A DNA stretch of 63,737 bases, counting the filler, from Octopus bimaculoides (Eukaryota): NCBI RefSeq assembly GCF_001194135.2. It is 6 parts of 6 records of this genome, joined end to end, with 100 filler letters (N's around TTAATTAATTAA, not from the genome) between each part and the next. Parts side by side here need not be neighbours in the genome. Positions count along the whole stretch, not along the records: positions 5,728 to 13,984 come from NC_068985.1; positions 14,085 to 22,150 come from NC_068988.1; positions 22,251 to 47,875 come from NC_068991.1; 3 more parts are not named here. The stretch is one strand, 5' to 3'. Below are positions 13,061 through 23,749 of the stretch, in pieces (within the stretch, counting starts at the first letter, position 1; each line of letters begins with the position of its first letter). The notes beneath the pieces are model-generated. The model was not told where the DNA came from. It searched no databases and saw nothing but the letters and a program-made list of their open reading frames with translations. The position numbers and the translations under genes are program-made.

Positions 13061-13684
13061 GTTCACCTTATCAGCATGGTGCTCCTGCCTCTAGCATCAT
13101 ATTTCTTTACCATTTGGTACCACTCTGCTCTGTGCTTATCTCTCCCAAAATCACNNNNNNNNNNTTATCTCTCCCAAAATCACTAGATTCCCGACTCATA
13201 CATAAAAAGATTGACATGTGTTTACTTCTTCGTTTTTCTTTTTTTCTTTTCATTTTGGTTGTCTTTTTTTTTTTTTTCTTATGACTGCCGGCATAAACGA
13301 AGGTAATTCCAGAATTTGCTTCAATAATTCCGTTTGTTGTTGTTGTTGTTTTTTTTTCTGAGTATTTGCCACAGAGTTTAATAAATTATCTCAACTAGAT
13401 GTACCATACCCACCGACCATACACCTCCAGCTTCTCATTCGTATTATATTTTGTTCCGCTGACATTTTTTTGATATTTTGTTGTTTTTGTTTTTTTTCAT
13501 TTATTTATTTATCTATTTTGCTTTCTTCATTGTCAAAAATACAAAAGAACAATGAAAAAAAAAAAGAAAGAAATATTGAGAGAAAAGACAAAGAAAAGCT
13601 ACTATCTCTCCATCTCATTGCGAAGTTCTTCACATGAANNNNNNNNNNNNNNNNNNNNNNNNNNNNNNNNNNNNNNNNNNNNNN

Positions 13685-13749
13685 AGAAGAAGAAGAAGAA
13701 GAAGAAGAAGAAGAAGAAGAAGAAGAAGAAGAAGAAGAAGAAGAAGAAG

Positions 13750-13826
<77 letters not shown>

Positions 13827-13828
13827 AC
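13685..13828. repeat. (AGA)n(ACA)n microsatellite
   Basis: Direct reading. Confidence 0.95.
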
Positions 13829-13844
13829 AGTACTAATCAGACAC

Positions 13845-13965
13845 AGGCATGACTCTGTGGTTAAGATGCATACTTTGCAAGCAAATGTCTTGAACTATAG
13901 CCCCAGACTGATCAAACCTTGTGAGAAAGAATTTGGTAGGCAGAAACTGTATGGAAGCCCGTCGT
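13845..13965 (+). mobile_element. SINE family A 5' part, internally deleted
   Basis: GGCATGACTCTGTGGTTAAG..TGTCTT..CTATAGCCCC..CCTTGTGAG..TTTGGTAGGCAGAAACTG..GAAGCCCGTCGTATATA. Confidence 0.7.
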
Positions 13966-13984
13966 ATATATATATATATATATA

Positions 13985-14084
13985 NNNNNNNNNNNNNNNN
14001 NNNNNNNNNNNNNNNNNNNNNNNNNNNNTTAATTAATTAANNNNNNNNNNNNNNNNNNNNNNNNNNNNNNNNNNNNNNNNNNNN
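13985..14084. other. Artificial contig-joining linker
   Basis: N44-TTAATTAATTAA(14029-14040)-N44. Confidence 0.95.
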
Positions 14085-15313
14085 AGCCGCAAGCCCACTG
14101 ACTCATCCCGGTTAATTTTTGCTCCCGTTACCGCTTCGTATACTTTTAGTCTCTCGCCGACCAGCTCGATGTGCTTTTGGCTCGAGACTATGACGGTGAC
14201 GTCGTCCGCGTATACAGACACGCTCGTCCCACATCCCAGCTCTCGTGGGATGCCCCTCAGCGTCGCCAGCTTCCGCAGTAGAGGCTTAAGAGTCAATACA
14301 TACAGAAGGGCTTAGAGGGGACATCCTTGACGAACCGAACGCATGATGCCGAAAGGTCTGGATAGATGACCGTTTACGCGAACTACTGAGCGGATGCCGC
14401 TGTATAAGGCAGCGATCCAACCGCGGAAGACGGGATCGAAACCAGCCGCTATGAGGACGGCTTCCAAGTAGTGATGGTCTACCTATCGAAAGCTTTTGAT
14501 TGATCCAAATTGATCAGCGCCCCACCCATGCCAGGTTCCTTAACTACCCTGTCCATGATGTAGCGGATCAGATGGAGGTTGTCATGGATACTCCTACTCG
14601 GCACGGCACACGTCTGCGCCCTGTCGACTAGTTTCTCGATGACAAGCGCCAACCTCTCGGCTAACACTTTGGCCAAAATTTTCAAATCTGCGTTGAGCAG
14701 AGTGATGGGCCGAAAATTATGATGTTCCCCTTGTTTGGGTCTTTCTTTAGTAGTACCACTGCTCCTCGCTTTACAAAGACGGGGATGCTCCCCTTTTGCT
14801 GCGAGTTGCAGTAGACAGCTGCCAAGACGCCTCCAAACAAGTCTGGCATATGACAATAAAGTTCGTAGGGCAGACCATCCAAGCCTGGCGACTTGTCTCC
14901 CTTACAGCCTGCCATCGCATCCCGTACGTCCGCGGCTATGATGGGTCTTTCACAACACTCCGCCTCTCTTGCTGAGAGTAGTGACAGGCCATGCAGGTAG
15001 GCACTAAAGTCTACTCTGCGTTCTGACCCACCAGTTGTCCCGAACAGTCGGGCAAAGTGCTGTTGAAATACCTCGGACATCCTTTCAGGCTCGAGTAATT
15101 CGGCCCCTTCTTCATCTGTCAGAGACCTAATGGTGGTTTTGTTGCCTCGTTGCGCCTCCGCTACTCGGGCCTCTCGGGCCGCTCCAACTCCCTCGTCCCT
15201 CAGAGCACGCATCCTAGCTCTGACAACGCATCCTTCGTGTTTGGCGTTGAAATGTTGGTCGAGGGCCAACCTCGCTGCCACTACGTTGGACGCGATGCCA
15301 GTACTAAGTGTCT
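14085..15313 (-). mobile_element. Tx1/L1-clade non-LTR retrotransposon ORF2 fragment (reverse transcriptase)
   Basis: KSPGLDGLPYELY..NFRPITLLNADLKILAKVLAERL..AQTCAVPSRSIHDNLHLIR..GALINLDQSKAFDRVDH..VRQGCP..YADDVTV..YEAVTGAKINRDES. At least two frameshifts, noticeably GC-richer than the flanks, and both ends lie in gaps. Confidence 0.92.
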
Positions 15314-15404
15314 CNNNNNNNNNNTATATATATATATATATATATATGTGAACAGGCATTCAGATTCAATCCACATACCCAATCACATATTTGGGATTCA
15401 ATTC

Positions 15405-15727
15405 TACTGCGTGGCACCTTCTATTACAGCTGTGAACCAACAAAAGCCTTGTTGGTGAATTTGGTAGACAGAAACTGTAAGAAGCCCATTGTGTGTGTTT
15501 GTTTGTTTGTTTGTTTGTGACCCTTTGTCTTGACACTGTATGGTAGTTGTAAATGAGAATCACTATCATGTAAGTGGAATCCTTCATTTCCAATCTTCTG
15601 TGGAAACATATCAAGCTTTGGAGAAATCTTACCTTACTCGGAAGGAAGTGAGGGTTGGTGACAGGAAGGGCATCTAGTTGTAGAAAATCTGCCTCAATAA
15701 ACTCCATCTGACCCATGGAAAATGGAC
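15405..15727 (+). mobile_element. SINE family A core carrying an alternative (RTE-type) 3' tail
   Basis: Core GTGGCACCTT..AAAGCCTTG..TTTGGTAGACAGAAACTG..GAAGCCC. The tail GGGTTGGTGACAGGAAGGGCATCTAGTTGTAGAAAATCTGCC (15652-) matches the reverse complement of about 41325-41365. Confidence 0.7.
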
Positions 15728-15772
15728 CTTAGCAAAATGTTCATGTATGTGTGTGTGTATATGTGTGTGTGT

Positions 15773-15870
15773 CTCAAGGCAGCAAGCGTGCCAGTCAACC
15801 ATGCATACCGGCATTTCGTCTGTCTTTACATACCAACTTGAAATTCTGCCAAAATCAACTTTACTTGCAT
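15773..15870 (+). mobile_element. SINE family B fragment
   Basis: AGGCAGCAAGCGTGCCAG..CCGGCATTTCGTCTGTCTTTAC..GAAATTCTGCCAAAATCAACTTTAC. Confidence 0.55.
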
Positions 15871-16318
15871 ATGTTTATATGTGTGTGAGGGTGAGTCATT
15901 GTGTCTGGATTTGTCCCCACACATATATACATACATCTATATGTATATATATATGTATATATATATGTATATATATACATACATCTATATGTATATATAT
16001 ATGTATATATATACATACATCTATATGTATATATATATGTATATAAATTCTGCGAGTGGCCTTAAAATGTTTAAAGGTGATGCTCCAGCATAGCCGCAAG
16101 TAAAGGAGTAAAGTAATATCAGCTTATGCCTTTGCTAATGAACGTAGGATGTAAAAACTTAATTTTTTAAAGAATATGCATGCCCAATAACAACAAGAAA
16201 ATAAAACGAAACGAAACAAAAAAGCTGTGATATAATGCTATTATATATATGATAGAATATATATGTATATATATGGTGGTTGTCTACTCCTTAAACAGAG
16301 TTTGACCACCTCCTGCAC

Positions 16319-16593
16319 CTACACCTTAGCCCTTTCATGGCGTCTGATGTGGCTTTTTAAACCAGACAGTGTTTTGAAAAAACACCCACACAGATTGCAC
16401 CTCTGATTTGCACCACCAATACCTGCAAGTAAGTTCTGGTCATTGTGGATCCTAACATGTCTTTTAAGACCCCCATTGGATTTGCAAACCCTCTGGCACA
16501 CACCACATTCAAACGTGTGCACAGACATATAATCAGAATAGCTGGGTGAGGTTTGTTTTCCATGGGTTCGCAGGTGAGATTTGAGGCCAGCCA
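16319..16593 (-). CDS. C-terminal ORF fragment with three C2H2 zinc fingers (probably the 3' end of an RTE-like LINE; a host ZNF exon is not excluded)
   Basis: ..AGLKSHLRTH..CGVCQRVCKSNGGLKRHVRIH..CNLCGCFFKTLSGLKSHIRRH..stop. No TGEKPY linkers; about 45-nt 3' tail then (AT)n; 5' end is in a gap. Confidence 0.7.
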
Positions 16594-16868
16594 ANNNNNN
16601 NNNNNNNNNNNNNNNNNNNNNNNNNNNNNNNNNNNNNNNNNNNNNNNNNNNNNNNNNNNNNNNNNNNNNNNNNNNNNNNNNNNNNNNNNNNNNNNNNNNN
16701 NNNNNNNNNNNNNNNNNNNNNNNNNNNNNNNNNNNNNNNNNNNNNNNNNNNNNNNNNNNNNNNNNNNNNNNNNNNNNNNNNNNNNNNNNNNNNNNNNNNN
16801 NNNNNNNNNNNNNNNNNNNNNNNNNNNNNNNNNNNNNNNNNNNNNNNNNNNNNNNNNNNNNNNNNNNN

Positions 16869-16907
<39 letters not shown>

Positions 16908-18410
16908 ATATATATATATATATATATGATATACTACAAATCCTGTGCAATACAATCCAAATCCAAACCTCCAATCCTCGTAATTCTAGCAGGAGTATGT
17001 AAACATCACAATTATACTTATTTGCGTTGATATTTGGTAAACATTAGTTACAAATAAAATTGTGGATTATGGATTATTGTATTTATGCCAGACGCCATAC
17101 TTTTTTTTGCGTAATTTCGAACTGATTGATGTCATAGTTTGTCTGTGGGTTCCATAAAATTCAATAAACTTTATACAAATATTTGTAGTTCGTCTATATA
17201 ATGGAATGCTAAGTAAACAATTAGCTATGCTTCACAATGTTGGAATTCTTCCCGACCAGTTAATTGTATATTTCGCGAAACATTTGCTTCGTCAAATGTT
17301 ATGTGCATTATACTGCAAGCAATTTATAGGCTTCAATGTAAACGAAATCCACCTCTACTCATATATATTTCATGTAAATTCTTTTCAATAACAAGTCTCC
17401 CTTATTTCAATAATGTTATTAGAAAACATTTCTATGTAACATATTTAACATTACTAAAACATATGACCAAATATATTAATTTAAAACAAATTCTTTTCCA
17501 ATACTGAAGTAACATGAAATAAAGAACATGTGTTATTTTATCATCAGAATACTCTGATTAATGAGAAGTTCTAAGATACTTTGGCATGTCAGAAAGTGCA
17601 ATACGCTTTATAGTCGACCACTATTGAGCTTTCTTCTTCAGCAGCATACTTTTGAAATATGCCATTAACAGTTATATACGAACTATTAATATCCATTCAG
17701 GTTTGCCCCGGATGTACATATAGCGGAGGGTCCTTTTTAAGCGAGATGCAGAAAACGTTAAAGAGCGAGTTAAATGGTATAAACATAAAATAAATGTCCT
17801 TTAATTGAGCTAGCAAACACAAGTTGTATATACGATGTTATTCAACATTAAAAACCATTAATGCTCGTTTGGAACATCGACAAATACATTTTTCAGGAAC
17901 TGCCGCTACCTTTCATATATACGTTTATTCAATTAATCGGAAGCAAAGGCCACTTTGATAAAGCGATCAGTAACATGTACAAAAAGAAAAGAAAAATGAA
18001 AAATCATAAAAAGAAACCATTATTTCTGTTTTTAAAGTAAGTTCGCGAAAGTATCTTAATATTTATTCTGTGTTTGTTTTAGAGAGGGTGACTTAAAAGA
18101 GATGAAACTTTCATCGTACGACATGTTCTACTTTCAGATGTTAGTTTCGAAAGAATCAATACACAGCAAAGGAAACGGAAATCTAATCATCGTATGTTAT
18201 AGCAGTATGTACATTATTGTAGACGTATGTAGCTTTGTAGTATAAATCTCAGCGATTTGTACAAGATCAAAATCTTTCTTGATTCTTAACGACAAATATT
18301 GCATTCACTTGCAATTTGTTTCTCCATAGAGCATGGCTTTTGCCACGAGGTGGACTTCATTTCATTTCAGCAATGTAAATCGATATGGACAATGTACGCA
18401 GACACGCACA

Positions 18411-18448
<38 letters not shown>

Positions 18449-18601
18449 NNNNNNNNNNNNNNNNNNNNNNNNNNNNNNNNNNNNNNNNNNNNNNNNNNNN
18501 NNNNNNNNNNNNNNNNNNNNNNNNNNNNNNNNNNNNNNNNNNNNNNNNNNNNNNNNNNNNNNNNNNNNNNNNNNNNNNNNNNNNNNNNNNNNNNNNNNNN
18601 N

Positions 18602-18640
<39 letters not shown>

Positions 18641-19768
18641 CTGATTTCAAATGTATGTGCATTCTCTGGGAACAGAAATTTCTATAAAAAAAAACCTTCT
18701 ATATATATTCGAAACGCAGCAGCAAAAGAAAGAAATTATAAACGATATGCATTAAGCACAGCAGGCACGTCGATAAGATAATCAAAATATTTACCTCTCT
18801 CTTTCTCTCTTCGAACAACAGTAACTTTACTCATAATTCCTTCACTAAGTAGATGATCAGTTTTGGTATTCTCTCGAGTTATATATCCTTCAATTAAAAA
18901 GACTCGTTATATGTATAAGTATGAAAAAAACAGTCACTGCATCCTTCCTTAGTGTACTGCATACTCCCTTAGTGAAAGTTGTAAATGATTAAATAAATAG
19001 TTTTCAACTATAGAAAACTTTAATGAAAAATGTTAACAAAAACAATAAATTTCCATACACAATAATCTTTATCACAAAGAGACACTTTCTTTTAATTGTA
19101 AATATTTCCTTTTGTATTAGCTTCAGTTATATTTATGATAAAATTTGCTGTGGAAACCTGAAACTCTTCCCCCAAAATAAGAAAAAATATGTCTTTGTGA
19201 AATATACCTAATAATATATAGTCATTTATGAAAATCAGTATGCTAAATTAGAATTGATTTAATGTTTGTTCTCGCAATAAACGTTACAGTTTGTGCTTTA
19301 TTGCGATAAAGTAGCTTTTAAGAGCGCATATATTTTAGACTACAGCCAAGTTGATTTCACAGACAAGACATTGTGCAGTGAGAAATAGCACACAAACATT
19401 CAGTTAAATTTGAGTTAAATTATGAAATTTCATCTTATATTGTCAACTTGAATTAGCTACTTGTTCTGTGTCAGACAATGGGGCTGAGGAAGGAAGGAGT
19501 CAGCGTTCATTATGTATAATATTTGTATGTGAATTCTTGCACACAAGTATATGTGTTCGTCTATGGGCGTTTGTCCATGACAATACAACGCATGCCTGCA
19601 GTTGAACAAACGCACGCGCATACACACACACATACATATACATAATGCCTGTGTATATATATATATATATATATATATGTTAGACATAGCAGAAGTAAAT
19701 AGACAAACTTATAACAATAAAAATTTGATTAAATCTGAGATCATACATTCAAATTATTTGTTATAATA

Positions 19769-20135
19769 CTCTTTACTCATTTTCTTGTTTCAGTCATTTC
19801 ACTCTGGCCATGCTGGAGCACTGCCTGTAGTCGAGCAAATCGACCTCAAGATTTATTCTTTGTAAGCCTAAGTGCGTATTCTATTGTTTTTTGCCGAACC
19901 GCTAGGTTACGGGGACATAAACCGACCAGCATCGGTTGTTAAGCGATGTTGGGGGACAAAGGCAGACACAGAAACACACACACTTGCATATATATATATA
20001 CCAAGGGCTTCTTTCAGTTTCCGCGTACCAAATTCACTCACAAGGCTTTGGTCGGCCCGAGGCTATTGTAGAAGACACTTACCCAAGGTGCCACGCAGTG
20101 GGACTGAACCCAGAACTATGTGGTTGTCAAGCAAG
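19769..20135 (-). mobile_element. SINE family A, near full length
   Basis: B-box-like GGTTCAGTCCC, core, internal CA/TA microsatellite and 3' tail GGCAGTGCTCCAGCATGGCC..ACTGAAACAAG..GAGTAAAGAG. Confidence 0.85.
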
Positions 20136-20145
20136 ATGTAAATAT

Positions 20146-20710
20146 TTAATCATTACCAGACTTATCCTTTCCATTTTTCAATGCAAGGACCCTATTAGGC
20201 ATTTTAATAATCATATAACTAATATTCTCTTGCAGAAGTTCATGCCAAGCTTCATGCGGTAATCTCGAAAGATCTGGCTTTGAAGATACTTTGTTGTTCT
20301 TTTCATGGAGCGTCCTGTTCCTTATGTCCCAGGTGTGTTCACTAAGGTTCATATTTGGTAACTGGCATGACCATGGAAGCTTTGTAATGCCATTCTCATC
20401 CAACAAATTTTAGGTCATATTAGCCGCATGACAAGGAGCCCCATCTTCCATAAATAGTCTTCTTTAATCATTTCATCACTGGAGAAGACTTGAAGAAGTC
20501 CTTTCTGCAATATGAACACATCTTTATCTGAGTTTATATTTCCCTCACACTCCACCAGCTCTGAGAAACACCTACTCCAATTTGCTCCGCAGATAATCAC
20601 AAAATAGTTGCGATTTTACGCTATGTCTACCATCAAAATGACCCACAATACGGCTTCTTTGGAATTCAGACACTTCTAAGGTTTCTTTTGTATATGGCAT
20701 GATTAAACAG
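20146..20710 (-). mobile_element. Internally deleted Tc1-like transposase relic
   Basis: N-terminal MPYTKE..SEFQRSRIVGH; middle GELVECEGNINSDK..ILQKGLL-like; C-terminal LPWSCQLPNMNLSEHTWD..MPNRVLAL, comparable to the Tc1 WPxQSPDLNPIEHLW..MPxRV motifs. Confidence 0.75.
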
Positions 20711-20836
20711 TTACATATAGACCCTGAAACAATTAGTAAAAAATATGAAGCTTTACAAGTTAAAATAAATATAAAATGATATTTTATGAGGTGTCTCTTT
20801 ACTTCTGTCATCTCTGTGTATATGTATATGTATGCA

Positions 20837-21140
20837 TGGAGACGCAATGGCTCAGTGTTTTGGGCAGCCGACTCACGTTCATGGGATCGCGGTTTCGATT
20901 CTCACTCCAGGCGTTGTGAGTGTTTACTGAGCGAAAACATCTAAAGCTCCAGAAAGCTCCAGCAGGGAGTAGTGGCGAACCCTGCTGTACTCTTCCACCA
21001 CAACTTTCTCTTACTCTTGCTTCCTGTTTCTGTTGCACCTGTATGCCACACTCTGTGTCAAGCTGAATATCCCTGGGAACTATGTTTAGAGTAAATGTGT
21101 CTGTGGACTGATCAGCCACTAGCACATTAATTTTACGAGC
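20837..21140 (+). mobile_element. SINE family C (tRNA-derived, OR2-like)
   Basis: GGAGACGCAATGGCTCAGTG (A box)..GGTTTCGATTCT (B box)..GAGCGAAAACA.CTAAAGCTCC..CACATTAATTTTACGAGC. Confidence 0.75.
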
Positions 21141-21189
21141 CGTAGTAATATGTATGCATGTATGTATATGTATATTTATGTGTGAGTGT

Positions 21190-21400
21190 CTTTGAGTGTT
21201 TGTTTTTCCACCACCACTTGACAAGCGGTGTTGTGTGTTTACGTACTCGTAACCTAGCGATTCGGCAAAGGATCGATAGAATATGTACCAGGCTTAAACA
21301 AAAGTAGATTCAGTCGACTAAATCTCTTCAAGATGGTACCCGTTCACGGCTGCAGTCTAATGACTGAAGCAAATAAAAATTAAAAAATAAAAGATAAAAG
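21190..21400 (+). mobile_element. SINE family A 3' half
   Basis: CACTTGACAAGCGGTG..CGTAACCTAGCGATTCGGCAAAG..GACTGAAGCAAATAAAAAT..TAAAAGAT tail. Confidence 0.75.
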
Positions 21401-22150
21401 ATATATATATATATATAATGACACATACCCATATTTTTCACAAATACATGCACAATAAAATATTTAACCACATACTAATGATTCATAAAAGAATGCCTCC
21501 TATGTTTGGAACTGGGGATATATTTCAGGCAAAGAAATATTTTATAGACGTAATTGTTTCTGAAAATAAATGTGACAAAAACTACTTTGTAAATCAATCC
21601 ACCATTTCCTACTGGAACTTATTCATTACTGGACTTCCTCGAAGTAAGTCGTAGATATACATAAACGATTATTATAAAACTTAATACAAGTAATAGCAGT
21701 TATAGTCTAGCTGCCATTCAAGAAGATGGGTGAACAGCAAAACGAAAAATAATGCATAAAATAAAAAAGCAAAAGAAAGGTGGGTGGGTGTATATATAAT
21801 CAGTAAACCTACAATGGTTTTCAAACTTCAAGAAAACACGTTACTCGGTTTTAAAAATACAAACCGCAGGAAAGTGTACATTCTATTTAAAATAGAAGAA
21901 TGGAAGTAATAACATCCAGGGAAGAAAACGCAGGGAATTTGAGTTACGAAAGAATTCCGACTCCATAACACAAATACAATGCTTTGAGGAAACGATGTCT
22001 GTCGACATCAAAAGCTTCTAAAGGATTTTAGACGCCCAACTCTTCCAAAATAAAACAAAAAACATTCAAATTCTTTTGATGTCCGTACACGTATGAATAT
22101 GTAATTATATATATGTGTGTGTGTGTTTGTATGTGTGTACATGCATATAT

Positions 22151-22250
22151 NNNNNNNNNNNNNNNNNNNNNNNNNNNNNNNNNNNNNNNNNNNNTTAATT
22201 AATTAANNNNNNNNNNNNNNNNNNNNNNNNNNNNNNNNNNNNNNNNNNNN
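22151..22250. other. Artificial contig-joining linker
   Basis: N44-TTAATTAATTAA(22195-22206)-N44. Confidence 0.95.
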
Positions 22251-22696
22251 ACATACGTGCCTGTATATATACAGACATGCAAATACCCCCACACGCACAC
22301 ACATGCATACGTATACATGCACATACACACACACATGCATGTATATATGTATATACACCCACATATGCGTATATATATATATATATATATACACATACGC
22401 ACCTGCACCCATACACACACATACACACACACACCGTGCTCGTACATGTGCACACACGTACATATACATATATACATATACTTATGTATACATACCCATT
22501 CACACTCATACACTCAAACTCATACACACACACACACACCCATACCGAAACATTCACATATACATATGCACACACACCTTTACTTGCTTGCCTGTTTATA
22601 TACATACATTCCTGTATATATACAAACGTGCAAACACCCACACACGCATACACCTACATATGCACGCATGCACATACACACACGCACACACATTTG

Positions 22697-22729
<33 letters not shown>

Positions 22730-22850
22730 TTGTATGTATGTATATATATACACACATATACATACTCACACACACACATGCACCCATTCACACACCCACA
22801 CACACGCACAAACACACGTATGCATATATGTACCCAAATGCACACACATG
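22251..22850. repeat. CA/TA low-complexity tract
   Basis: Direct reading; explains the H/T/Y/I-rich ORFs. Confidence 0.9.
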
Positions 22851-23749
22851 TTTTATTTAAGATTATAAAAAAAATATTAAGAGCATAAACATGATAAAAG
22901 AAATACCATTACCCTGTTATATACCAATATACTTATGTTATCGCTAACCTGTGTAAAACCGAAGTACAGGGTGTTCGCTGAGAAATAATAATAATAATAA
23001 CAATATACATGCTAATAAGGAGAAGGTCAGATCTAAGGCAAAGCAGCTGGAGATACAAGGTAGCCTTAGCTGTAATTACTAGGAAGGAAAACATTTATCA
23101 ACTATAGAAGGGGAAAAGTTGTGGTGGATGAAGAAGTGGAAATTATTCATTGGATATTAGTAAAAAAAAAAAAAAAAAAAAATGGTAATAACTAGCCTAG
23201 TAGGAATGATGGAGCTAACGGTAATAAAAGAAGGTATGTTTCTTGAAGTGCTGACAGTGGTACGCCCTCTGAGTGATTTGGTTAACTAGGTGATTCTTGG
23301 AGAACAGGATATAAAAAAGCTCCAAGTTACAAAGAGGGCAGAATTCCCTCCCCTTTTCATAGGGACCTGAGGTGGCCAGTATGGACCATTCCGAAGAAAA
23401 TTGCTTATTGCAATCCTTCAGTTTTTAGTGTAATTTTGCTACCCCTGGTAACTATTAACGTATTCAAATTATCGAAAGTTTTAATNNNNNNNNNNNNNNN
23501 NNNNNNNNNNNNNNNNNNNNNNNNNNNNNNNNNNNNNNNNNNNNNNNNNNNNNNNNNNNNNNNNNNNNNNNNNNNNNNNNNNNNNNNNNNNNNNNNNNNN
23601 NNNNNNNNNNNNNNNNNNNNNNNNNNNNNNNNNNNNNNNNNNNNNNNNNNNNNNNNNNNNNNNNNNNNNNNNNNNNNNNNNNNNNNNNNNNNNNNNNNNN
23701 NNNNNNNNATATATATATACACATATATATATATATATATGTATATGAC

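Noticed and set aside
16319-16593. Classical Kruppel-type zinc finger gene
   Set aside because: There are no TGEKP linkers and the spacers are long; kept only as an alternative to a LINE C-terminus.
20837-20920. tRNA gene
   Set aside because: A/B boxes are present but it continues into a SINE body and shows no intact cloverleaf; the same applies to 4675, 47988 and 54266.
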